Origin: an uncultured Chlamydiae bacterium
GTDB taxonomy: Bacteria > Chlamydiota > Chlamydiia > Chlamydiales > JAJFMB01
Direction: 5' to 3'
DNA length: 64,000 nt
Assembly: GCA_963696295.1 (NCBI GenBank)
Contig: CAVOJR010000001.1
Span: 1,312,001-1,376,000, forward strand
This document shows, piece after piece, positions 52,758 through 60,949 of this stretch (positions are counted from its first letter, which is position 1; each line of letters opens with the position of its first letter). The notes under the pieces were generated by a model. That model searched no databases, was not told the origin of the DNA, and saw nothing but the letters and a program-made list of their open reading frames with translations. The translations under genes and the position numbers were made by a program.

Positions 52758-53759
52758 ATGATTTTCAATATCAGAAATTTTATTTTCCTTTTCCTCCTTT
52801 TGGCCGGGAGCAAATCCTTTGGCGACACTCTCGATAAAGGTTTAACCATCAATATTATATGCTGGAACAATGGAGGCGGCCAAACCAACGATTTCAAAAT
52901 ATTGGCCTCTGCATTATCAGAACTGGGACATGTAGTCAAACATGTGGATTATGAAGCAAATCATGCTCCTAAAGCTGATATTAACATTTTCATAGAAAGG
53001 GTAATGAATAAATCTTTATTAGAATCTGCGAAGAAAAACTACTTTATTCCCAACGCTGAATGGTGCAAAAAGCCGGAACAGGCGATGATTAAAGAATTTG
53101 ACTTAATCCTCTGCCGCACCAAAGAGACGGAACGGATCTTTCATTCTATTACTCCAAAAACCTATTACTTGGGATTTACGAGTTTAGACAGACAACAAAA
53201 AAGGGAAAAAAAGAAATTCGACCAATTTCTGCATTTGAAAGGAAGGAGTTGGCAAAAAGGAACAAATCCTATCCTAAAAGTATGGTCTAAAAAACCAAAT
53301 TTTCCCCAATTGACCGTGCTCGCTGTTTCAGGTAAAAACCCAAAATTGGAAAATTTGGAATTTAAACGAACATATGTCTCCGAAGAAGCTTTAGTCAAAT
53401 TACAGAACTCCTGCGGCGTTCACCTTTGTCCAAGCGAAACCGAAGGATTTGGCCATTACATCTCAGAGGCTATGAGTACAGGCGCTGTGGTTGTGACCAC
53501 CAATGCCCCTCCCATGAATGAGTTTATCACCGACCCAAGATGTTTAGTAAAATACAAAAGAACTGCCCCCCAACAATTAGCTACAAACTATTACGTCGAT
53601 CAAAAAGATTTGGAAAAGGTTATCGAAAAATTAAGGAAGCTTCCCAAGAAAGAATTGCGCAGAATTGGCCGGGAAAACAGGCGGCGGTATCTAGCTAATA
53701 AAGCCGATTTTTTACAACGGTTACGAGTCCTCTTTGAGACCAAAAATAGCAGCGTTTAA
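52758..53759 (+). CDS. GT-B (GT4-like) glycosyltransferase with a signal peptide, copy 3
   Basis: Tandem paralog with the same motif. Confidence 0.88.
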   Translation: MIFNIRNFIFLFLLLAGSKSFGDTLDKGLTINIICWNNGGGQTNDFKILASALSELGHVVKHVDYEANHAPKADINIFIERVMNKSLLESAKKNYFIPNAEWCKKPEQAMIKEFDLILCRTKETERIFHSITPKTYYLGFTSLDRQQKREKKKFDQFLHLKGRSWQKGTNPILKVWSKKPNFPQLTVLAVSGKNPKLENLEFKRTYVSEEALVKLQNSCGVHLCPSETEGFGHYISEAMSTGAVVVTTNAPPMNEFITDPRCLVKYKRTAPQQLATNYYVDQKDLEKVIEKLRKLPKKELRRIGRENRRRYLANKADFLQRLRVLFETKNSSV

Positions 53760-53821
53760 AAACTCTATCTGGCAAACCAATGCTGAAGTTCGAGGCGCAA
53801 CCGCAGCCAAGCAGAGCGATC

Positions 53822-53845
53822 GTTCTTAAGTTGGGATAAAATCTG
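53822..53845 (+). repeat. 24-bp direct repeat, copy 1 (GTTCTTAAGTTGGGATAAAATCTG)
   Basis: Identical copy at 54763-54786. Confidence 0.9.
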
Positions 53846-53865
53846 TATAATTAGAGCTTGGCATT

Positions 53866-54000
53866 CTAGTGTCTAATAAATCCGTTTACAATTTTGGCGT
53901 CCACATCTTGCAGTAGCGTAAAATGAGCCTTGTCGCATTTTACGCTACTGCAATCAGTGAAATTCACTCAAGTAAACGGATTTATGGGATTAGACACTAG
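53866..54000. repeat. 135-bp CTAG-ended palindromic element (MITE-like)
   Basis: CTAGTGTCTAAT/ATTAGACACTAG ends, AAATCCGTTTAC/GTAAACGGATTT, and a perfect 18-bp inner stem (53908-53925 / 53936-53953). Confidence 0.85.
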
Positions 54001-54698
54001 CGCTCGACTGAATTATTAACTATAAGCAGCACTTGTTTTATCTCTACGCGGCTTCTAACATCAAGCGCGTAGTGCAAAACTTTATCGCCATTAACTGAGA
54101 AAGGAGGAGCTGTCAGATCAAGAAAGTGATGCCCTCCATAGGAAATATCGGGATTGTCACTAGTAAGAGTCTGCGGATTCACATCATTGGTAATCAAGCA
54201 ATATTTAAATTTGTGAAATTGTTTGATAGCCAACTGAATATCACTATTAGGAAGGTGTTGTAAAACATCTTTACATATCAAAAGATCGGCTTCAGGAAGA
54301 TTGCTTTGAACCCCATTCCCATGCACAAAGGAAATATTCGCTTTGCCAAACTTTTGCTGATTTTGCAGTATGATGGATTTGACCACATCAAATCCAATAT
54401 AGTTGATAGAACCCCAATCGATTGCTTGTGAAAACGCCCAATCTCCACATCCGAGATCAACAACGGAAGTAATGTTAGCCTCTTCTAAAAAGCTTTGAAG
54501 GTAGGCGCGATATTGTTCTGTGGCCAACATGGAAGAGCCGTATCCTGATAGAGGGTCTTCCGGTTTATTAATCCATTTTTTCTCTTTATAAATCTTTGTA
54601 AAAGCTTTTTCGGCTTCATCTTCACTAACCAATGGTTGTATCAGGCAAACAATTGCCAGTAAATGCCTAAAAAAACATTTCCAAAAACAACAATTCAT
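53997..54698 (-). CDS. Class I SAM-dependent methyltransferase with a hydrophobic N-terminus
   Basis: FTKIY..W, SGYGS, VVDLGCGD, YIGFDVV and DLLICKDVLQHL. Confidence 0.88.
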   Translation of the reverse strand: MNCCFWKCFFRHLLAIVCLIQPLVSEDEAEKAFTKIYKEKKWINKPEDPLSGYGSSMLATEQYRAYLQSFLEEANITSVVDLGCGDWAFSQAIDWGSINYIGFDVVKSIILQNQQKFGKANISFVHGNGVQSNLPEADLLICKDVLQHLPNSDIQLAIKQFHKFKYCLITNDVNPQTLTSDNPDISYGGHHFLDLTAPPFSVNGDKVLHYALDVRSRVEIKQVLLIVNNSVER

Positions 54699-54762
54699 TT
54701 CTAACCCCTTTTATACATCACTAAACGTACCGGCTCGATTTTATTTTTTGCAAGGAATAACT

Positions 54763-54799
54763 GTTCTTAAGTTGGGATAAAATCTGAATTCTGTATAAT
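54763..54799 (+). promoter_or_regulatory. Direct repeat copy 2, overlapping a putative promoter for 54883
   Basis: TTGGGA-16 bp-TATAAT. Confidence 0.5.
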
Positions 54800-54882
54800 G
54801 AGGGCAAGGAAGCTTGCCAGGTTCGCGGGCAAGTTGGAATTGCTGAAATTAAATCTTTAGCCGCTTACTTCAGAGGGCCATT

Positions 54883-56025
54883 TTGAAACACTTTATCAAG
54901 TCATACCATACCATTATCGGTATCATACTCATTTTATATCTTCTCCCTGTGGTTGCCCTTTGCGGTTATTTCAATCAGGATTGGACCCTTTTCAGCTATA
55001 GTCTATTCTTTTGCCTCATCTCCTCCCTTTTTATTTTGTTTATCTTGAAAAGCTGGGAGAACAGCATCAAATTTATCTCTTCTGAAAATGAGAGGGCGCC
55101 TGAAGCCTATCTCGATGAAGCTTTTTTGCAGCAGGCGCATCATAATCAGGACGCCCTGGCCAAAGCCGAAGAGCAAATCAGGGATCTGACAAAAAATTTA
55201 GAAGAGCGGCAAGCCGAGCTTGAACTGTTGCGCGAAGATAAAAACCATTTCCACGAGCGCAAAGAAGAGCTTCTGGAAGAGTTCGCTCAAGCGAAACGAA
55301 CCATTGAAGGGCAGCTTTTCCAAAAAGATATATTGATCAATGAGTATCAGCAAACCATTAATGATCAAAGAGCTGTCATTGAAAAAAAACAGAAGCAGCT
55401 GGATCAGCTGGAATCCAAGGCCAGCGATTTGACTTATGAAATCAAAACGCTGCTGCAGCTGGCCGAAACTAGCCCCACCGCCCCTCCTCCTATCTCCGAA
55501 CCCCATTTATCTCATAAGAATGCCGCCCCGCTCCCTCCCAAAAAAGAGCTGACCATCCGCTCCCTGGAAAGCGCGCGCACGCAGCTAAAACGGTGTTTAA
55601 ACATCGCTCAAAAGCTCACCAATTCCGAACATATCAGCGGCCAAGGCTCCCGCTTCCCCAGCTTTCCGAACCTCGCCCTGGATCAAAGAAGGCTGTTTGA
55701 AAATTTGCAAAGCGAAAATAGCAGCGCTCTTTTTGTCTATTCCCAAAAAGATAAGAAATTGCTTTTTGCGAACCGCCAGGTGCAGCAGCTGCTCGGCTGG
55801 AACCCCGATAAATTCATTCAAATATTCGACGATATTATTGAGGATGGATTAGAGGAGTGGAAAAAAAGCATTTACCAAATCACCCCCAAAGAAAATAAAG
55901 ATGTGCGCCTGGTTTTAAAGGCCAAAACCGGCGAAGACCTGTTGATCCATTGCCACATGGGACTTATCCCCACGGGGATCTTCCGCAATCACGTGATCGG
56001 CGTGCTTTACCCTGATGAGGATTAA
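54883..56025 (+). CDS. Membrane protein: 2 TM, coiled coil, C-terminal PAS-like domain
   Basis: LLFANRQVQQLLGWNPD PAS-like motif and a long heptad region. Confidence 0.78.
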   Translation: MKHFIKSYHTIIGIILILYLLPVVALCGYFNQDWTLFSYSLFFCLISSLFILFILKSWENSIKFISSENERAPEAYLDEAFLQQAHHNQDALAKAEEQIRDLTKNLEERQAELELLREDKNHFHERKEELLEEFAQAKRTIEGQLFQKDILINEYQQTINDQRAVIEKKQKQLDQLESKASDLTYEIKTLLQLAETSPTAPPPISEPHLSHKNAAPLPPKKELTIRSLESARTQLKRCLNIAQKLTNSEHISGQGSRFPSFPNLALDQRRLFENLQSENSSALFVYSQKDKKLLFANRQVQQLLGWNPDKFIQIFDDIIEDGLEEWKKSIYQITPKENKDVRLVLKAKTGEDLLIHCHMGLIPTGIFRNHVIGVLYPDED

Positions 56026-56040
56026 CTTGACAAAGTCACA

Positions 56041-57237
56041 TTAATTAGAGGAAACGGGTACCAGACTATCGATCAGCCCTTGCTTGTCTATTTTGGCAAT
56101 CCAGGCTTCGCAATCATTTCTGCCATAAGCCACCCAGACATAGTTTTCATCCTGTATAAAGCCCGCAGGATATATCACACGCCTGGGTTCGCCCCATTCC
56201 ACTCTTCTGTGCTTACCTTCGTAAAACCCTTTGCTGACAATAGGCTGCGGACTGATTTTTGTTATTTGAAAGGGGGGCTCGGAAGAGAACGTGTAGGCGC
56301 CCATGAAATAGTGCAGCGTCTTTTTCCCTTCAGAATGCATGGATGCCGCATCCACCATGGAGTGAAAAAAAGCCAGATATTCTCCACCGGAGATTATGGC
56401 AGGACTCCCCCCGCGCAACTCGCCAAAGTCCCAATTTATGTTGGGAAAGGTACGATAAACAAATTCACACTCCCCTGTTTTCAAATTGGGCTTTAGAATT
56501 CTATGGGGGGAGATACTATAGACAAAATAGAGGTTATCCTGATAAATGAACGGCATCCAATTTTTCTCATATTTGTTCTTATCCATACCTTTGAAATATA
56601 AAAGCAGTGGTTCAGAGAAGGAAAAATTGACACCATCAAATAACACCTTGCGAATATAGAGGCGCGGGACCTTTTTGCTGAAGATATTAATTTTTGTGCA
56701 TTGATTATATACGATATAAAGATCCTCACCAACCCCTATTAAACGGATGTCATTGGCGGTATAGTCCCCTTTTTTTAAATTTTCCAAATGAAAAACATAA
56801 GGCTCCCCAATGGGGTCAAACTGCTCATCCAGCCAAATGAAACCGTATCGATTTACAGGCTTTTCCTTTGGATGTTCTAAACGATAACTGAGCAACAGAC
56901 CGCCATTCCAGGGAATAATGGAGGGATTAAAAGCAAAATCGTGGGGGGCAATAACAATTCTTTTTGTTTCCAAAACAAAACTTTGGGCCATGTCATCCAG
57001 ATTGGTCTCTGACAGATTTATTTGAGCCCAAAGGGGAAATGAAAAAAATATATACCCAAACAACTTGAAGAGTTGGGAATTGGGCAAGGAGGTTCCTTCA
57101 AATTTTTGTCCGCAACGAGTGACCATTGCCGATAGGCAAGGCACAAGTGAGGACGAAAAATTGAAGGTAAAACCGACGAAGCCCAAAACCAACTCTTCAA
57201 GTTGTTTGGGTATAAGAGACACTATCCAATTTGTCAT
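56041..57237 (-). CDS. Five-bladed beta-propeller glycosidase-like protein, with a palindromic insert in its signal peptide
   Basis: FNPSI, LLSYR, NDIRL, EKNWMPF, LRGGSP and VAYGRND. The ATG at 57237 overlaps the upstream TGA (ATGA). Confidence 0.75.
   Translation of the reverse strand: MTNWIVSLIPKQLEELVLGFVGFTFNFSSSLVPCLSAMVTRCGQKFEGTSLPNSQLFKLFGYIFFSFPLWAQINLSETNLDDMAQSFVLETKRIVIAPHDFAFNPSIIPWNGGLLLSYRLEHPKEKPVNRYGFIWLDEQFDPIGEPYVFHLENLKKGDYTANDIRLIGVGEDLYIVYNQCTKINIFSKKVPRLYIRKVLFDGVNFSFSEPLLLYFKGMDKNKYEKNWMPFIYQDNLYFVYSISPHRILKPNLKTGECEFVYRTFPNINWDFGELRGGSPAIISGGEYLAFFHSMVDAASMHSEGKKTLHYFMGAYTFSSEPPFQITKISPQPIVSKGFYEGKHRRVEWGEPRRVIYPAGFIQDENYVWVAYGRNDCEAWIAKIDKQGLIDSLVPVSSN
57051..57214. 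mobile_element. 164-bp TA-ended palindromic element A (MITE/RPE-like), in frame
   Basis: Perfect 26-bp TIR TATACCCAAACAACTTGAAGAGTTGG with nested internal stems. Confidence 0.88.
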
Positions 57238-58112
57238 GAATTGCTGGTGTTCCAAAAGTGAACAGCCGCCGTTTCCGGCCGGTAAAACCTTATGGGATCT
57301 TTAGTTTCATATGCTGTAATGGGATAAAAGAAAGTGGGTGGAAATATTATCCCGTCGACCCTCAGGAGGTTGATATTATTGGTTATCTCTTGAGTCAATA
57401 AATCGGGGCCCGTTCTTTCCACAACTCCTTGATGCATGTTTTTTGATGAATTCCCCGGCAGATCTGCGATCAATTTTGCCAGTAAGGGATGATTGGGCGA
57501 AGAGGCAATGATCGCGTTTCCGATTCTAAGAGGATGATGTTCTAAAGGTTCGAGGCCGGCAAAAAAAGAATATTCGAGAAAAGCGAATTCAAAGAATTCA
57601 GGATTTAGACATTCAAAATCTGTATCCACATAAAGGCCGCCGAAGCGATAGAGGATTTCATACCGCATGATATCCGCTTTTTCACAATAGAATGAGGCCT
57701 CTTCAAATAATTTTGAATTAATTAAATTTAGTTCCGGGAGATCTTCTTCGGTCCATAATCTATATTCCCACCCTTCCCAATCCTGCCATGATTTTACATA
57801 GGCTAAAAATTTGTCCGGTATAGATCCACCCAGCCAAATTTGGTGGATGATGCGGGGTATTTTGTAGTCATCCCGGTTTTGAAAGGATTTGTATCGGTCC
57901 CGATTGTACAGGTCTTTTAGAACTCTTATCCGGGTTCTTTGGTCACCTTGAAAAAATGCTAAGAAGTTTTTCCCGTAATATTTGTTATAGGCAGAATAAC
58001 TTTTATTATTTCTGTGCAATGAAACAATAAAATCGGGATAATTTTTTCTGAAATCATTCACTGCGCCACAATGAAAACAGCTGGCAATAAGCAAAAGATA
58101 ATAAATCATCAT
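57234..58112 (-). CDS. GT32 (OCH1/SUR1-like) DxD glycosyltransferase with a signal-like N-terminus
   Basis: IPRIIHQIWLG, WEYRLWT and ADIMRYEILYRFGGLYVDTD. Confidence 0.9.
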   Translation of the reverse strand: MMIYYLLLIASCFHCGAVNDFRKNYPDFIVSLHRNNKSYSAYNKYYGKNFLAFFQGDQRTRIRVLKDLYNRDRYKSFQNRDDYKIPRIIHQIWLGGSIPDKFLAYVKSWQDWEGWEYRLWTEEDLPELNLINSKLFEEASFYCEKADIMRYEILYRFGGLYVDTDFECLNPEFFEFAFLEYSFFAGLEPLEHHPLRIGNAIIASSPNHPLLAKLIADLPGNSSKNMHQGVVERTGPDLLTQEITNNINLLRVDGIIFPPTFFYPITAYETKDPIRFYRPETAAVHFWNTSNS

Positions 58113-58154
58113 ATTTTTAAAATATATACGCAGATCAAAATTTATCTCAAGCTT

Positions 58155-59138
58155 TTAATCAACAGAGTCTAAAAAGTAGCGGAAAATCGACAGGTAGGGC
58201 TTAATAAGGTATTTTTTAATAAGCCGCCCCCATACCCCTTGCCGGTCTTTAATTAACAGAGCATCCCATTTTTTCTCTATTTGTAAAGCCTCAAGACACC
58301 GCTGCGAGGCCAAATCGCCCCCGAAGAAAAGAGGCCAAAGGGCCAATCTGTCCCGCAGCAGCCTGGGGCATGGCTCTCTTTTTTCAGGATTATACCCAAA
58401 CAACCTCAAAATTTGGGATTCCGGCTTTGCCAAAGCCCCGGGATTCAACGATCGTAAACAGGTCCATATTGTTAACATTGACCTGTTTACGATCGATTGA
58501 ATCGCGGGAGCTTTGGCTTTGCGGAAAACCAAATTTTGAGGTTGTTTGGGTATAAAATTTATTGTTTTGAGATCGACCGGCAAAACGGGCCCGGTTTCCC
58601 TCCTTCTCCCCTGATGGATATAGGCATATTGATCGTAAATGATTCCGCTGCCCTGGCGGTCGATATTCGTGAAATAATGGGGCGATCGCTGCAGGGCGTT
58701 TTCAGCGGCTGAGACTCTCCATTGGTTATAACGGCTGTCGTGCAGCAGCCAAACGACGCGAAATCCAAGCGAGGCATAATCGCAATTGCGCTGCAGCACC
58801 TCGCTTGAGGTGATCGGGGAGCACTGCACCTCAAAAATAATTTTCTCTGAGATCCAAACGGCATCCGCAATCCGTTTGATCGACGGAAAAGGGCACTCCA
58901 GCCGGCAATCCTCGCCGATCATTCGCTGCAAACGCCACTGAACCTGTAAATGTTTTAAACTTTTTTGATGCAAGGAACATTTTTGATTGGGGCGCACATG
59001 ATAAAAATGGGCCTGCCGAATCTCCCCGCCGCGAACGTGCAGGGGTTCCTTGCATTCCAGACAAATATAATCTTGTCTTTTGACCGCTTCAGCCGCCTGG
59101 ACTACCCGGCCTTGATCATCTAGAGCAAAAAGTTGCAT
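58155..59138 (-). CDS. coiA: CoiA-family nuclease-like protein with an in-frame palindromic insert
   Basis: CLEC..HFYH zinc motif, ADAV, FEVQCSPI and YASLGFRVVWLL. Confidence 0.85.
   Translation of the reverse strand: MQLFALDDQGRVVQAAEAVKRQDYICLECKEPLHVRGGEIRQAHFYHVRPNQKCSLHQKSLKHLQVQWRLQRMIGEDCRLECPFPSIKRIADAVWISEKIIFEVQCSPITSSEVLQRNCDYASLGFRVVWLLHDSRYNQWRVSAAENALQRSPHYFTNIDRQGSGIIYDQYAYIHQGRRRETGPVLPVDLKTINFIPKQPQNLVFRKAKAPAIQSIVNRSMLTIWTCLRSLNPGALAKPESQILRLFGYNPEKREPCPRLLRDRLALWPLFFGGDLASQRCLEALQIEKKWDALLIKDRQGVWGRLIKKYLIKPYLSIFRYFLDSVD
58391..58554. mobile_element. 164-bp TA-ended palindromic element B (MITE/RPE-like), in frame in coiA
   Basis: Perfect 26-bp TIR TATACCCAAACAACCTCAAAATTTGG and a perfect 16-bp inner stem CGATCGTAAACAGGTC/GACCTGTTTACGATCG. 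Confidence 0.9.
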
Positions 59139-59263
59139 ATTTCTATTGAAAAAATGGCTCGTCTGAATTAAAATGTGGTAATCGGTCCGTAAACCTTGAC
59201 AAAAAGTCTCGCATTGAAAGAATATTCTAGTCCTACAAGAATATCAATGGTTATTATTCCAAT

Positions 59264-60944
59264 ATGAGTAAATCTAATCAATCACAAACTTTTTCCCAGC
59301 AGCATCAGCAAAAAATTGATGAGCTCGTCTCGATTGCCAAAGAGCAGGGATACATCACATACGAAGAGATCAATGAAATCCTTCCAATGACTTTCGACTC
59401 TGCCGAGCAGATCGACCAGGTGCTGATCTTCCTCAGCGGAATGGACATCCAGATCCTCAACCAGTCGGAAGTTGAGAGACAGAAAGAGCGGAAAAAAGAA
59501 GCCAAAGAACTCGAAGGACTTCCCGAAGCGCGCCGAAGGGACTCCCGACGATCCTGTGCGGATGTACCTGAAAGAAATGGGATCGGTCCCTCTGCTGACC
59601 CGCGAAGAGGAAGTTGAGATCTCCAAGCGCATTGAAAAAGCGCAGATCCAGATCGAAAGGATCATCATGCGCTTCCGCTATCTCTAACCGCGAAGCCATC
59701 TCCATCGCCAATTATCTCATTCAGCGAAAAAGAGCGCTTTGACAAATGCATCACGGAAAAAGAGATCCCCAACAAACAGGATTTCTGTCAACTTGCTTCC
59801 CAAGCTGCTGCGATCTGCTGAAACAGGAAGATGCATGTTCTAGAAGAGCTCTTCTGCAACAGACAGATCGATCCGAAGATAGCCAAGAATGACAAGCTAA
59901 AAATTAACGAAGATATCGAAAAATGCCGCATCCGCACACAGGCGTATCTGCGCCGGCTGCATTGCCGCCACAACATCATCGAAGACTTTGGCGAAGTGAT
60001 TATGCGCGCCTACGACCGCTTCCTGCACGCTCGAAAAAGAAATCAACGAACTCATCCCTCGCGCCGAACGGAATAAATTCGCCGCTGCAGCAAACTCGCA
60101 GGCTGCCAAGCGCAAACTGAAGAAACGGGAACTTGCCGCCGGCAGGACCACTGGATGAGTTCAAAAAAGACGTCCGCATGCTGCAGCGCTGGATGGACAA
60201 GAGCCAGGAAGCGAAGCGCGAAATGGTGGAATCCAACCTGCGTCTGGTCATCTCGATCGCGAAAAAATACACCAACCGCGGCCTCTCCTTCCTCGACCTG
60301 ATTCAAGAAGGCAACATGGGCCTGATGAAAGCGGTAGAGAAATTCGAATACCGCCGCGGTTATAAGTTCTCCACCTATGCGACCTGGTGGATCCGCCAAG
60401 CCGTCACACGCGCCATTGCCGACCAGGCGCGCACGATCCGTATTCCTGTCCACATGATCGAGACGATCAACAAAGTGCTGCGCGGCGCTAAAAAACTGAT
60501 GATGGAAACCGGCCGGGAACCGACTCCTGAAGAACTCGCCAACGAGCTTGGCTTACCCCTGAACGAGTCCGGGAAATCTATAAAATCGCCCAGCATCCCA
60601 TCTCGCTTGCAAGCCGAAGTGGGCGACGGCGGCGAAAGCCAGTTTGGAGACTTCCTGGAAGATACAGGCGCCGATTCTCCTGCGGAAGCGACCGGCTACT
60701 CGATCCTCAAAGACAAGATGAACGAAGTTCTCGCAACCCTGACCGATCGGGAGCGCAAAGTATCTCATCCAGCGTTTCGGCCTTCTCGACGGCAAACCCA
60801 AAACCCTGGAAGAAGTCGGCGTGGAATTTAACGTCACACGCGAACGGATACGGCAAATCGAAGCGAAAGCTTTGCGCAAAATGCGCCATCCGACCCGCTC
60901 CAAGCAGCTTAAAGGCTTTTCTCGACCTATTAGAAGCTGAGTAA
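59264..60944 (+). CDS. rpoD: Primary sigma factor (sigma66/RpoD); many frameshifts as sequenced (probable consensus errors)
   Basis: [50 protein letters not shown] and [20 protein letters not shown] are spread over several frames. Confidence 0.93.
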
Positions 60945-60949
60945 AATTC

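Noticed and set aside
57018..57304. Small ORFs over the palindromic elements (57018..57200, 57065..57304, 58370..58555)
   Set aside because: By-products of the stop-poor palindromes, lacking independent start signals.
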